NCBI GenBank assembly: GCA_038057125.1 | Contig: JBBUDU010000002.1 | Coordinates: 85,240-149,239 of the forward strand | DNA from: Patescibacteria group bacterium | Lineage (GTDB): Bacteria > Patescibacteriota > Minisyncoccia > Phycocordibacterales > UBA1550 | Length of the DNA: 64,000 nt | Reading direction: 5' to 3' | Part shown: piece by piece, positions 8,990 to 18,465 of the stretch | Position numbering within the stretch: the first letter of the stretch is position 1 | How the letters are laid out: every line of letters starts with the position of its first letter | The notes under the pieces: generated by a model | Seen by the model: the letters and a program-made list of their open reading frames with translations, nothing else | The model's database searches: none | What the model was told of the DNA's origin: nothing | Position numbers and translations under genes: made by a program

Positions 8990-10738
8990 TCATTCTGACA
9001 CCACACGCAATACTTCTTCTATTGTTGTCATTCCTTGCACTGACTTCAATATACCGTCTTCGAGCATCGTACTCATCCCTTCTTTTTTTGCATGCTCTTC
9101 AATGGCGACTGGAGTTTCTCCTTTCATGATGAGGTCGCGGATAGTAGGAGACATTTTCAAAACCTCGTGAATGCCCACACGGCCTTTGTAGCCGTCCTCC
9201 GACTCTTCTGATTTTTTGGGACGATAAAACGGAATATCTTTCCATGTTGCATTTGGCGCAACGATGTTTTCTTCTTTCAAAACTTTCATCACGCGGTCAA
9301 GGTCAACAGATTTTTTAAGCGCATCGACTTCGGCGGGACTAAGGAAATATTTTTCTTTTGAGGAGGCTAGTCGGCGCACAAGACGCTGTGCGATGATAAC
9401 ATTTACCGTTGAAACAATGAGGAACGGCTCGATATCCATATCGAGAAGACGTGGCATTGTGGCGGCGGCTGAGTTTGTGTGGAGCGTTGAAAGCACGAGG
9501 TGCCCCGTGAGCGCTGCATTCACCGCAAGCGACGCCGTTTCATTGTCACGAATTTCACCTACCATAATGATGTCCGGATCCTGACGAACGAGAGAGCGAA
9601 GACCGGAGGCAAAAGTGAGTCCTATCTCCGTCTTTACCTGCGTTTGATTTACGCGGGTCATTTGGTATTCAATCGGGTCTTCAATGGTGGAAATATTCAC
9701 ATCGGGCTCGTTTAAAATGTCCAAAATAGTATAGAGCGTTGTCGATTTACCGGACCCTGTCGGCCCCGTGGTGAGAATCATTCCCACGCGCTGTTTTGTG
9801 GCTGCATAAATACGCTCGAGCCCGGCGCCGTGAAAACCAAGACCCTCGAGAGTAAAACCAGAAACCGATTCACGCAAAAGACGCATAACCGTCTTCTCTC
9901 CGTAGTAGACAGGAAGAGTAGACACACGAAATGCAACTTTCTCTCCAGCCGATTCTATTTTGAAACGCCCGTCTTGCGGAAGACGCTTTTCATCGAGCTT
10001 CAAACTTGCAAGCACTTTAATGCGCGCGACAATTCCCGGAGCCGCGGTTTTTGGCAGAACCATCGCATCATGCAAAAGCCCGTCGATGCGATACCTTATG
10101 ACTACTTGCGAGTCCATCGGCTCAATATGAATATCTGACGCGCCCTGAATGATTGCGTGGTTGAGCAGAGTGTCCACTATCTTTACCACTGGCAAATCCT
10201 CGGCGAGTTTTTTCAAGTCCTCTTCGCTTTGCGCTTCATCGCCTTCCGCGACCATCTTGAGCGCGCTCGCCTCTTTTTCAATGATGTCACCAAACTCCGC
10301 CTTAAGACTCTTCTGATACTGGAGAAGCATTCCTTTAATAGATTCTTTGTCGGTGAGGCGTGGGAGAATCTTTAGTCCAACTTTCTTTTTGACGAACTCA
10401 ATAGCGCCGAGGTCGTCCGTGTCGAGCATCGCAACTTCAAGAGCGGAAGGTGTCTTCTTAAATGCGACAATATTGTGCTTGCGGGCGATCGGCTCCGGAA
10501 TAAGCGAGAGGATTTCAAAATCAATTTTCTGTCCTTTCAAATTTACAAAAGGAATACCGAGGATATATGCTTCCGTGCGACTGAGGTCGTCTTCGGAAAG
10601 TTTTCCTTCAGAAACGAGGATGTCCCCAAGGTACATCTTCTTTTCGACGGCACGCTTCTCGGCGTTTTCAAGCTCTGTGCGCGGTACGAGCCCCGAGTCG
10701 ATGATGAAATCCTTGAGCTGTTGATTGTTAACGGTCAT
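8990..10738 (-). CDS. pilB: type IV pilus assembly ATPase PilB (GspE family)
   Basis: 582 aa with Walker A GPTGSGKST, IIMVGEIRD, and His box LTGHLVLSTLHT. N-terminal GspE-N type domain. Confidence 0.92.
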   Translation of the reverse strand: MTVNNQQLKDFIIDSGLVPRTELENAEKRAVEKKMYLGDILVSEGKLSEDDLSRTEAYILGIPFVNLKGQKIDFEILSLIPEPIARKHNIVAFKKTPSALEVAMLDTDDLGAIEFVKKKVGLKILPRLTDKESIKGMLLQYQKSLKAEFGDIIEKEASALKMVAEGDEAQSEEDLKKLAEDLPVVKIVDTLLNHAIIQGASDIHIEPMDSQVVIRYRIDGLLHDAMVLPKTAAPGIVARIKVLASLKLDEKRLPQDGRFKIESAGEKVAFRVSTLPVYYGEKTVMRLLRESVSGFTLEGLGFHGAGLERIYAATKQRVGMILTTGPTGSGKSTTLYTILDILNEPDVNISTIEDPIEYQMTRVNQTQVKTEIGLTFASGLRSLVRQDPDIIMVGEIRDNETASLAVNAALTGHLVLSTLHTNSAAATMPRLLDMDIEPFLIVSTVNVIIAQRLVRRLASSKEKYFLSPAEVDALKKSVDLDRVMKVLKEENIVAPNATWKDIPFYRPKKSEESEDGYKGRVGIHEVLKMSPTIRDLIMKGETPVAIEEHAKKEGMSTMLEDGILKSVQGMTTIEEVLRVVSE

Positions 10739-10845
10739 CTGTTTCTATAGTATACCTCCACACCTACTTTTCGCATAGTGTTTTTGTTGTGTCTTTCAAG
10801 TAAAAACTTAGATTAGTTTTTTAAATAGATTTTTCAGTGAGCACA

Positions 10846-10873
10846 TTGACATATGCACAGGCTTTGATATAAT
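10846..10873 (+). promoter_or_regulatory. sigma70-like promoter upstream of nusA
   Basis: TTGACA (10846-10851), 16-nt spacer, TATAAT (10868-10873). Confidence 0.5.
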
Positions 10874-10936
10874 GACCTGGTTAATGTCCGTCTCGAAAAC
10901 GGGCAATTTTTATTAAAAATTTCCGGAAAATCAACC

Positions 10937-12145
10937 ATGTTAGACCTAAAAACAATGGGGTCGGCGCTTGAACAGCTTGAGGTGGAGCGCGGTATCCCTC
11001 GTGCGAAAATTATTGAGGCTATCGAGCAAGCGCTTGCGGCCGCGTATAAAAAAGACTTCGGCAAGAAGGGGCAAATTGTCCGCGCGGTTTTTGATATAAA
11101 TTCCGGAAAAACCGAATTTATTCAGGTAAAAATTGTCGTTGATGAAAATGCCGTGCGCATGCCCGAGGATACAGACGAAGACGCCGATGCAAAAGAGGTG
11201 GCACTAAATAAAGGCCTAGCCGAAGGCGAGGAAATTTCACTCCGTCGTTTTAGCCCTGAGCACGATATCCTACTTAGAGACGCACAGCGCATCAAGCGCG
11301 ATGCTATTTCCGGTGATGAAGTAATATTTCCTCTTGAGGCGCATGACGACTACGGTCGCATCGCCGCACAAACAGCAAAGCAGGTAATAATCCAGAGAAT
11401 TCGTGAAGCGGAAAAAGTTGCTATTATCAGCGAATACGGCACAAAACAGGGGGACATTGTCCATGGTACTGTCCAAAGAATGGAGCGTGGCAACATCTTT
11501 GTTGATCTTGGAAAAACAACCGGCCTCCTTGCCTATGAGGACCAGATTCCGAGCGAGCGATACAAACAAGGAGAGCGTGTAAGTGCGTACCTATACAAAG
11601 TTGAAGAGACTCCTCGAGGAATCGATGTGCGCCTTTCCCGTTCGCACCCAAAGATGATCGAAAAACTATTCGCACAAGAGGCTCCAGAAGTTGCAGTGGG
11701 CACGGTACAGATAAAAGCAGTAGCACGCGAAGCAGGATCACGCGCAAAAGTTGCGGTGACTTCCAGTGATACTCATGTTGACCCTATCGGCTCATGCGTG
11801 GGTCAACGCGGTGTGCGTGTTTCAACGGTTATGAACGAGCTCGGCGGTGAAAAAATCGACCTTATCTTGTGGTCAGAGGATGCAAAAAAGTTCATCCAAG
11901 ACGCGCTTTCGCCAGCACAGGTACAGTCTGTGGTGCTTGACGATGAAAAACACCAAGCGACGGTTACCGTATCTGCAGACCAGCAATCACTCGCTATTGG
12001 TCGCGGAGGACAAAATGTGCGCCTTGCCGCAAAGCTCACCGGATGGAAACTCGATATTGTGGGCGCAGCAGGCGAAGTAGTTGCCGAAGCTGAAGCTGAA
12101 GCCCCAAAGGAAGCAGCTTCTGAAGCTCCTACTGTTGCTCTATAA
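10937..12145 (+). CDS. nusA: transcription termination/antitermination factor NusA
   Basis: 402 aa with an S1 domain (GDIVHGTVQRMERGNIFVDLG) and two KH motifs (GSCVGQRGVRV, AIGRGGQNVRLA). Confidence 0.92.
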   Translation: MLDLKTMGSALEQLEVERGIPRAKIIEAIEQALAAAYKKDFGKKGQIVRAVFDINSGKTEFIQVKIVVDENAVRMPEDTDEDADAKEVALNKGLAEGEEISLRRFSPEHDILLRDAQRIKRDAISGDEVIFPLEAHDDYGRIAAQTAKQVIIQRIREAEKVAIISEYGTKQGDIVHGTVQRMERGNIFVDLGKTTGLLAYEDQIPSERYKQGERVSAYLYKVEETPRGIDVRLSRSHPKMIEKLFAQEAPEVAVGTVQIKAVAREAGSRAKVAVTSSDTHVDPIGSCVGQRGVRVSTVMNELGGEKIDLILWSEDAKKFIQDALSPAQVQSVVLDDEKHQATVTVSADQQSLAIGRGGQNVRLAAKLTGWKLDIVGAAGEVVAEAEAEAPKEAASEAPTVAL

Positions 12146-12173
12146 TTACTCCACTTAATTTTTTCAAACCACT

Positions 12174-12710
12174 ATGAAAATGAATCTCTGGCACGATGTT
12201 TCACTTGGTGAGAACGCTCCAAAAGAAATCAACGTAATTGTTGAAATCCCAAGGGGCTCGAAAAACAAGTACGAAATCAACAAGGAAACAGGGCTTATTG
12301 CGCTCGACCGCGCGCTTCATACGGCGCAGGACTATCCATTTGACTATGGATTCGTCCCACAGACTTTATGGGACGACGGCGATGCACTGGATGTGGTACT
12401 GCTAACCACTTACCCATTGTTCCCCGGTATACTCGTTGACGCTCGCCCTGTTGCCATTATGCACATGACCGACTCCGGCGAAAGTGACGACAAGGTGATT
12501 GCGGTGCCTATGAATGATCCGCGTTGGGACGATGTAAAAGACTTGGAAGATATAAACAAACATACTATCAAAGAAATGGAGCATTTTTTTACCACCTACA
12601 AAAAGATTCAAAAGAAAGTAGTTGAAGTATCTGGGTTTGAAGGGCGTGACGCAGCCTACAGTGCAGTCACAAAGAGTGTCGAATTATACAAAAAGAAGTT
12701 TGATAGATAA
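12174..12710 (+). CDS. ppa: inorganic pyrophosphatase (family I)
   Basis: 178 aa; DYPFDYGFVPQT...DGDALDVVLL signature. Confidence 0.92.
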   Translation: MKMNLWHDVSLGENAPKEINVIVEIPRGSKNKYEINKETGLIALDRALHTAQDYPFDYGFVPQTLWDDGDALDVVLLTTYPLFPGILVDARPVAIMHMTDSGESDDKVIAVPMNDPRWDDVKDLEDINKHTIKEMEHFFTTYKKIQKKVVEVSGFEGRDAAYSAVTKSVELYKKKFDR

Positions 12711-12720
12711 AAAATAGCAC

Positions 12721-12756
12721 AAAAGCCCCATTGTTCGGCTGAACAATGGGGCTTTT
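12721..12756 (+). terminator. rho-independent terminator after ppa
   Basis: AAAAGCCCCATTGTTC / GAACAATGGGGCTTTT 16-bp stem, 4-nt loop, T-run. Confidence 0.75.
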
Positions 12757-12957
12757 GTAATACTCACACTTATCCACCGTCTTCTGTTGTAGGTGATTAA
12801 GATATCTTATATACTATTATATGTATAAGAGAGAGATTATTAGAATTGATTACTAGTTTAAAATATAACTGGGTACAATATTTCGACGGCATTCGGACGC
12901 TGTGAATGAGATTACTCACCCACGCGCTCCTCACTTGTCGAAATAATAACGAAACAT

Positions 12958-13719
12958 ATGAAAAAAAATATCAGTATTGCCCTCGTTGCTCTTTTCGCGC
13001 TCGGAGGGATCACAGCAAGTGCGCAAACGACAGGTGCAACAGGCACAACCAACACGGACGCCACAGTAGTGACACCTCGCGACCGAGCATCAGGCCTGCC
13101 AACAGGAAAAAGACAGCATAAGCCACTCTCTGTCACCAATGAAGAGCGTGAGAGAAGGAACGCTTCGTCAACAGTGCGCAGAGAGTTTCGTGATGAAAGA
13201 AAAGGCAATCGCGAGGAAATGGAAGCTCGCGCAAAGGCTCTCCGCGCATCAACCACAGCGGCACGAGCAAACATTAAAGACGAACAGCGCAAAAAACGCC
13301 TCGAGCAAGCGAGCAAGAAAATGGAGATAATAAGCAAGCGTATGCACGGAGCAATAGAGCGTGTGCAGAAACTTTCTGACCGTGTTTCTGAAAGACTTAC
13401 AAAACTTGAAGCAGCGGGCGTTAATGTAGCTGTTTCTCGCGGGCACCTTGCAGAAGCCAAAGCAAAACTCGATGAAGCACGCACAAAAGCTGCTGCCGTA
13501 AAGCTCCTGCTTGAGACCGCACTTTCAAATGCGACAGCAAGCACATCCACAAGCACGGCACCCAAAAACATAGTAAAGGGTATGCAAGATGCCGTTAAAG
13601 ATACAGTAAAAACGATTCAGGAAGCGCATCGCCATGTTGCCCTTGCTATCTCGTCGGTAAAACCAGGACAAAATAAGCCGCGCCCAGCTACAACAACGAG
13701 CGCAACAACTACTCAATAA
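12958..13719 (+). CDS. secreted Arg/Lys/Glu-rich coiled-coil hypothetical protein
   Basis: Signal peptide MKKNISIALVALFALGGITASAQ. Preferred over the antisense 219-aa ORF, which has an odd S/A/R composition. Confidence 0.6.
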   Translation: MKKNISIALVALFALGGITASAQTTGATGTTNTDATVVTPRDRASGLPTGKRQHKPLSVTNEERERRNASSTVRREFRDERKGNREEMEARAKALRASTTAARANIKDEQRKKRLEQASKKMEIISKRMHGAIERVQKLSDRVSERLTKLEAAGVNVAVSRGHLAEAKAKLDEARTKAAAVKLLLETALSNATASTSTSTAPKNIVKGMQDAVKDTVKTIQEAHRHVALAISSVKPGQNKPRPATTTSATTTQ

Positions 13720-13740
13720 TTTTAATCTCACCACACAACT

Positions 13741-14037
13741 ATGGAACAGAACATGAACATGGGCACCCAAATGCCTGAAAAAAAACCAGTTGGGGCGACA
13801 GTAGGAATCATTCTTATTGTGCTTGTCCTCGCTTTCGGCGCATACTACTTCCTTAAGCAGGTTCCAGCACCGACAACAGAAGCTGGAACTCCGACCAGCG
13901 CCGAAGTACAGGCAGACCAAGTAATCTCTTCTCTCTCGACTCAAGGAACATCAACAGATCTTGCTGACATCCAAAAAGACCTCGATTCAACAAACTTCTC
14001 GGGTATCGATGCAGGGTTAAGCGATATCATAATCTAA
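13741..14037 (+). CDS. small single-TM hypothetical protein
   Basis: 98 aa with TM GATVGIILIVLVLAFGAYYF; followed by a strong terminator. Confidence 0.5.
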   Translation: MEQNMNMGTQMPEKKPVGATVGIILIVLVLAFGAYYFLKQVPAPTTEAGTPTSAEVQADQVISSLSTQGTSTDLADIQKDLDSTNFSGIDAGLSDIII

Positions 14038-14056
14038 TAATCTCTCACTTTATCTC

Positions 14057-14107
14057 AAAAAAACCCGCTGAGCACCAGAATGGTGCTCAGCGGGTTTTTT
14101 CTTTTTT
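14057..14107 (+). terminator. rho-independent terminator
   Basis: ACCCGCTGAGCACCA / TGGTGCTCAGCGGGT stem followed by TTTTTTCTTTTTT. Confidence 0.8.
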
Positions 14108-14148
14108 GTTTCTTGCCAAGTTTGAACGAAAAGTATATATTACGGCTC

Positions 14149-15165
14149 ATGACCGATATCAAAACAACACTTAAAAATACTTCCGAGGTTGAAATTGAAA
14201 TCCTCTGTGAAGTCCCGACGGATGTGTTTGAAAAAGAGCGCCCAATTGCACTTAAAAAAATTAGCGAAGAGGTTTCTTTGCCGGGCTTTCGCAAGGGGCA
14301 CGTTCCGGAAGCAATGCTTATTCAAAAGTTTGGTGAAGCGCTCATTCTTAATGAGATGGCTAACCTTGCAATGGACAGGGCTTATCCGGAGATTTTGAAT
14401 CGACACAAGGTTCATGCCATTGCTATGCCGCAAGTCGCGATAAAAAAACTTGCAAAAAGCAATCCATTCGAGTTCGCCCTTACTTTTCAAATAATGCCCG
14501 AGATAAAACTACCAGACTACAAAAAGATTGCAAAAGAAGTAATGTCTGTAGACGAAAAGACGGAAGCGACCGACGAGGAAGTTACAAAAGCGGAAAATGA
14601 ACTCATCAAACAATTTGCAACCAAGAACGCAGAAGGGAGGGAGGTTCTCCCAGAGATAAACGACGAGCTCGCGCAAAAATTCGGACCATTTGAAAATGTA
14701 GCCGCGTTCCGAGCGAAAGTTCGCGAATCAATTGCGCATGAAAAAACAAACCGTGGGCGTGAGAAAAAGCGAATGCAAACAATGGAAAAAATTGCTGAGG
14801 GTATTACAGCAAAACTTCCGAAGGTGCTCATTGATGGAGAACTCGAGCGAATGATTGGGCAGTTTCGCCACGATGTCGAGCAAATGGGTATGAAATTTGA
14901 AGACTACCTCGCCACGACAAAAAAGAGTGTCGAGGAAATGCGTAAAGAGTGGACATCTGATGCAGAGAAACGCGCCAAGGTACAAATTGCACTTAATGAA
15001 ATCTCGCTTCTAGAAAAAATAGATGTCCCAAAGGAAGACCTAGACCGCGAATCAAAATTCTTTATGGAAAAATATAAAGACGCAGAGCCGGGCCGTGTAC
15101 GTATGCACCTAGAAATGATGCTCACCAATGAAAAAGTCTTCCAGTTCCTGGAGTCACAGAAGTAA
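14149..15165 (+). CDS. tig: trigger factor-like chaperone lacking the PPIase domain
   Basis: Ribosome-binding N-domain motif PGFRKGHVP plus a C-terminal arm domain. Start moved to the in-frame ATG at 14149 because the track start overlaps the upstream terminator. 338 aa. Confidence 0.8.
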   Translation: MTDIKTTLKNTSEVEIEILCEVPTDVFEKERPIALKKISEEVSLPGFRKGHVPEAMLIQKFGEALILNEMANLAMDRAYPEILNRHKVHAIAMPQVAIKKLAKSNPFEFALTFQIMPEIKLPDYKKIAKEVMSVDEKTEATDEEVTKAENELIKQFATKNAEGREVLPEINDELAQKFGPFENVAAFRAKVRESIAHEKTNRGREKKRMQTMEKIAEGITAKLPKVLIDGELERMIGQFRHDVEQMGMKFEDYLATTKKSVEEMRKEWTSDAEKRAKVQIALNEISLLEKIDVPKEDLDRESKFFMEKYKDAEPGRVRMHLEMMLTNEKVFQFLESQK

Positions 15166-15211
15166 CTTACTCAAAACTTGCATACATAAATAAGTGTGGT
15201 ACTATCTGCCT

Positions 15212-15808
15212 ATGTCATACTTAATCCCAACTGTTATTGAAAAAACATCATCAGGCGAACGAGCCTACGATATTTATTCACGCCTACTCAAAGAGCGCAT
15301 CATTTTTCTGTCGGGTGCTATTGATGACAATGTTGCAAACATTACCATAGCCCAGCTCCTCTTTCTTGAATCCGAAGACCCAAAGAAAGACATTTATTTG
15401 TATGTAAACTCACCTGGTGGTTCAGTATCTGCAGGACTTGCGCTCTATGACACTATGCAACATATTAAGCCAGATGTTTCTACAATTTGCGTTGGCATCG
15501 CCGCGTCTATGGGCGCTGTACTCCTCTCCGCAGGAGCAAAAGGGAAACGCTTCATTCTTCCTAATGCAGAAGTGATGATTCACCAGCCCCTCGGTGGTAC
15601 AGAAGGACAGGCATCCGATATTGCAATCACCGCAAAACACATTTTGAAAATAAAAGAATCCTTAAACAAAATACTTGCCAAAAACACCGGCAGGCCTCTG
15701 TCGCAAATAGAAAAGGATACCGATCGCGACTTCTTTATGTCAGCCGATGAAGCAAAAAAGTACGGTATTATAGACGAAATCTACAAGCCGAAGAATCCAC
15801 GCGCGTAG
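15212..15808 (+). CDS. clpP: ATP-dependent Clp protease proteolytic subunit
   Basis: [24 protein letters not shown] (Ser), MIHQPLGG (His). Start set at the ATG at 15212. Confidence 0.92.
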   Translation: MSYLIPTVIEKTSSGERAYDIYSRLLKERIIFLSGAIDDNVANITIAQLLFLESEDPKKDIYLYVNSPGGSVSAGLALYDTMQHIKPDVSTICVGIAASMGAVLLSAGAKGKRFILPNAEVMIHQPLGGTEGQASDIAITAKHILKIKESLNKILAKNTGRPLSQIEKDTDRDFFMSADEAKKYGIIDEIYKPKNPRA

Positions 15809-15815
15809 GCAACAC

Positions 15816-15885
15816 TCGAGCCAAAACAAAAACACAGCAATAGTGTGCTATAGCACACTATTGCTGTGTTTTTGTTTTGGCTCGA
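15816..15885 (+). terminator. 70-bp perfect palindrome (35-bp arms) centred on GCTATAGC, after clpP
   Basis: TCGAGCCAAAACAAAAACACAGCAATAGTGTGCTA | TAGCACACTATTGCTGTGTTTTTGTTTTGGCTCGA. Confidence 0.7.
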
Positions 15886-16031
15886 CAATCACCAGAAACC
15901 AAGGTAATATGAAAGTGTACCCATTTGTAATTTAAATTGACACTTTTATTAGCAGTTTGGCATTAATCGCTCGCAGATCTGGAGAAAACGACTGATTTTT
16001 CAGTAATTTCAAGGCTTGGCGAGTAATAACT

Positions 16032-17564
16032 ATGGACATTAACATTGCACTCACGCTCGGCGGCGTGATGGCAATTCTGGTCGGTGCGACACTTGGCTAT
16101 CTTTTGCGCTGGTTTATCGCAATCAGCAAACGCGGATCAGTCGAAATTGAAGTAAAACAAGTCTTACTTTCCGCAAAAGAAGAGGCCCAAAAAATTACTG
16201 AAGAAGCCGACCGAAGAGCCGAAGTATACGGGCGCGAACTCCATGAAGAAGAGCGCGAACAATCTGAGCGCTTCAAAAAAACCGAGGAGCGCCTCATCAA
16301 AAAAGAGGGATTCCTCGACAAGCGTCAGGAAGATATTGACAAGGAGACAGCGCATATAAAAGAGAGGGATGATGAAATCAGGCTCATCCGTGAAAAAACC
16401 AACAAAGAGAAAGAGTTTGCGCACAAAGAGCTCGAGCGTATTGCGCGACTGAGTGCTATGGACGCAGTAGAGGAGCTCATCAAGCGCGCCGAGAAGCTTT
16501 ACGAAGAGGATATTTCGGTTCGAATAAAAAAAATTGAAACAGGTGGAGAAGAGAGGCTCGCACAAAAAGCGCGGGACATTCTCGCCACTTCGATTCAACG
16601 CCTTGCTACGTCAACAGCATCAGAAATGATGGCAACATCTGTCTCCATTGCTTCAGACGAAATAAAGGGGAAAATTATTGGTAAAGAAGGCAGAAATATC
16701 AGAGCTTTTGAGCGTGCAGCTGGCGTAGAGGTTATTGTTGACGATACTCCTGGTTCGATTCTCATCTCATCGTTTGACCCTATTCGGCGACAAGTTGCGC
16801 GTGTTGCGCTTGAGGAGCTCATCGCTGATGGGCGCATTCAACCTGCAAGAATCGAGGAAACGGTAGAAAAAGCGCGAGGAGAAATAAACAAAATAACGAA
16901 AGAACGAGGGGAGCAGGCGGCATACGAATGCGGTGTGTTCAACCTTGACCCGCGTATCATTGCAATCCTCGGGCGCCTCCATTTCCGCACGAGTTATGGG
17001 CAAAACGTACTCCAGCATTCGATTGAAATGGCGCATATTTCGGGAATAATCGCCGAGGAGCTTGGAGCAAATGTTGCTGTCGCGAAAGCTGGAGCGCTCC
17101 TTCACGACCTTGGGAAAGCGGTTGATCACGAAGTACAGGGTACCCATGTTGAAATTGGTCGTAGGATCCTGCAAAAGTTTGGCGTAGATACACGCATCAT
17201 TCAAGCAATGCAATCACATCACGAGGAATACCCTTATGAAACAATTGAATCAATTATTGTACAGACCGCTGACTCGATTTCTGGTGGCCGGCCGGGGGCT
17301 CGCCGTGATTCTGCGGAAAATTATATAGACCGCCTCAAGGACCTAGAAGCGATAGCAAAATCCTTCCCTGCCGTCGAAAAAACCTATGCAATTCAAGCCG
17401 GAAGAGAGCTTCGTGTATTTGTGAAGCCTGAAGAAATCACAGACATTGAAGCAAAGAAACTTGCGCGCGACATTGCAATGCGTGTTGAAAAGGAACTTAA
17501 ATATCCGGGTGAAATAAAAGTAGCGGTCATTCGCGAGTCACGGGCGATTGAGTACGCAAGATAG
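16032..17564 (+). CDS. rny: ribonuclease Y
   Basis: 510 aa with an N-terminal TM, coiled coil, KH motif (IGKEGRNIRAFE) and HD domain (LLHDLGK). Confidence 0.92.
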   Translation: MDINIALTLGGVMAILVGATLGYLLRWFIAISKRGSVEIEVKQVLLSAKEEAQKITEEADRRAEVYGRELHEEEREQSERFKKTEERLIKKEGFLDKRQEDIDKETAHIKERDDEIRLIREKTNKEKEFAHKELERIARLSAMDAVEELIKRAEKLYEEDISVRIKKIETGGEERLAQKARDILATSIQRLATSTASEMMATSVSIASDEIKGKIIGKEGRNIRAFERAAGVEVIVDDTPGSILISSFDPIRRQVARVALEELIADGRIQPARIEETVEKARGEINKITKERGEQAAYECGVFNLDPRIIAILGRLHFRTSYGQNVLQHSIEMAHISGIIAEELGANVAVAKAGALLHDLGKAVDHEVQGTHVEIGRRILQKFGVDTRIIQAMQSHHEEYPYETIESIIVQTADSISGGRPGARRDSAENYIDRLKDLEAIAKSFPAVEKTYAIQAGRELRVFVKPEEITDIEAKKLARDIAMRVEKELKYPGEIKVAVIRESRAIEYAR

Positions 17565-17623
17565 AATAAAATTACGAAACAATTTTCGAATCTTGACAAT
17601 ATTCCCAAAAATCCTTGCGCCTA

Positions 17624-17652
17624 TTGCGTAAAAAAACCTGTGGGGGTATACT
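17624..17652 (+). promoter_or_regulatory. candidate promoter of hup (TTGCGT-N17-TATACT, G5 run abutting the -10)
   Basis: TTGCGT at 17624-17629, a 17-nt spacer ending GGGGG, TATACT at 17647-17652. Same architecture as at 43857-43885. Confidence 0.4.
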
Positions 17653-17748
17653 TGTCTGCAAGGGAGCTTGGGTACACCTTTGCGCCCGAGTAACTCACTG
17701 AAGTTTTAGTATTACAAGAATTAAAAGAGGCGTTAATAAAATATCATT

Positions 17749-18021
17749 ATGAACAAAGCAGCTATCGCTGAAATTATTCACGAGAAGATGGGAGGGACCA
17801 AAGTATCTGCAGAGCAGACACTTGACGCAATCCTTGAAGGGATGGTAAGCACCTTGAAGAAAGGTGGAGAAGTGTCAATCGCAGGACTCGGTATCTTTTC
17901 TACAAAGGCTCGCGCAGCCCGCACAGCGCGTAACCCAAAAACTGGTGAGGCTATTCAAGTAAAAGCAACAACAGTTCCAAAGTTTCGTGCCGCAAAGGCG
18001 CTCAAGGACGCAGTGAAGTAA
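17749..18021 (+). CDS. hup: DNA-binding protein HU
   Basis: 90 aa HU/IHF fold sequence (GLGIFSTKARAARTARNPKTGE). Confidence 0.9.
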   Translation: MNKAAIAEIIHEKMGGTKVSAEQTLDAILEGMVSTLKKGGEVSIAGLGIFSTKARAARTARNPKTGEAIQVKATTVPKFRAAKALKDAVK

Positions 18022-18039
18022 AGACTGCTACTCCAAAAG

Positions 18040-18075
18040 AAAACCGAGCCTCCTATGGAGGCTCGGTTTTCTTTT
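18040..18075 (+). terminator. rho-independent terminator after hup
   Basis: AAAACCGAGCCTCC-TAT-GGAGGCTCGGTTTT followed by CTTTT. Confidence 0.8.
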
Positions 18076-18078
18076 GGG

Positions 18079-18235
18079 TGCGGGATGGGCTCTCGGTCAC
18101 GAGTTACTAAGTGTGCTCGTGTGAGTACACACTGCGCGCACTAAGTACTCTCGACCCCGCCTCACTGTCGCAGAGCGACATGTTCCGGCTTTCGATTCTC
18201 CACGCAAGGCGCGCAGGCGTCTTGCTCATCCCGCA
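18079..18235. other. tRNA-end-bounded structured element, Gly locus unit A (157 nt)
   Basis: - Starts TGCGGGATGGG, the same as the 3' end of the tRNA-Gly(UCC) gene in plus coordinates.
- Ends ATCCCGCA, the inverted complement of that start.
- First 81 nt are identical to unit B.
- Contains a long imperfect hairpin and the blocks TCGGTCACGA, TCTCGACCCCG and CTTTCGATT. Confidence 0.6.
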
Positions 18236-18237
18236 CA

Positions 18238-18279
18238 ATGTAAAAATCCCCAGACCGAAACGGTTGGGGATTTTTACAT
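18238..18279. terminator. 15-bp-stem hairpin separating units A and B
   Basis: ATGTAAAAATCCCCA / TGGGGATTTTTACAT, symmetric with A/T runs on both sides. Confidence 0.55.
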
Positions 18280-18281
18280 TG

Positions 18282-18418
18282 TGCGGGATGGGCTCTCGGT
18301 CACGAGTTACTAAGTGTGCTCGTGTGAGTACACACTGCGCGCACTAAGTACTCTCGACCCCGGCTCGCCTCTTCGCTACGCTCAGTATGGCTCCGCCTTT
18401 CGATTCTCCCATCCCGCT
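18282..18418. other. tRNA-end-bounded structured element, Gly locus unit B (137 nt)
   Basis: The 5' GCGGGATGGG pairs with the 3' CCCATCCCGC. The right end TTCGATTCTCCCATCCCGC is an inverted copy of the tRNA-Gly(UCC) T-loop, T-stem and acceptor 3' strand. Confidence 0.6.
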
Positions 18419-18430
18419 ACAAAATGCAAC

Positions 18431-18456
18431 AACGCCGAAGTTTTCACTTCGGCGTT
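18431..18456 (-). terminator. hairpin immediately 3' of tRNA-Gly(UCC)
   Basis: AACGCCGAAGT / ACTTCGGCGTT stem. Confidence 0.5.
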
Positions 18457-18465
18457 GGCATTTTG

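Noticed and set aside
10874-10936. Small hairpin (CCGT-CTCGAAA-ACGG plus T-run) in the nusA leader as an attenuator
   Set aside because: The stem is only 4-5 bp, which is too weak to call.
12769-12777. Isolated DnaA-box-like TTATCCACC downstream of ppa
   Set aside because: A single 8/9 match far from the dnaA region is expected by chance.
12912-13571. 219-aa minus-strand ORF overlapping the 253-aa plus-strand gene
   Set aside because: The plus-strand product has a clean signal peptide and start context and is followed by co-directional genes. The antisense product is Ser/Ala/Arg-rich with no start context.
18079-18418. Possibility that the tRNA-bounded units are intron-containing tRNAs, tmRNA, SRP RNA, 6S RNA or RNase P RNA
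   Set aside because: - Insert sizes (~65-85 nt) are far below group I/II introns, and no cloverleaf can be drawn.
- I could not find a tmRNA tag-ORF or T-arm.
- SRP GGAA-loop helix 8, and RNase P GAGGAAAGTCC or ACAGAA motifs, are absent on either strand.
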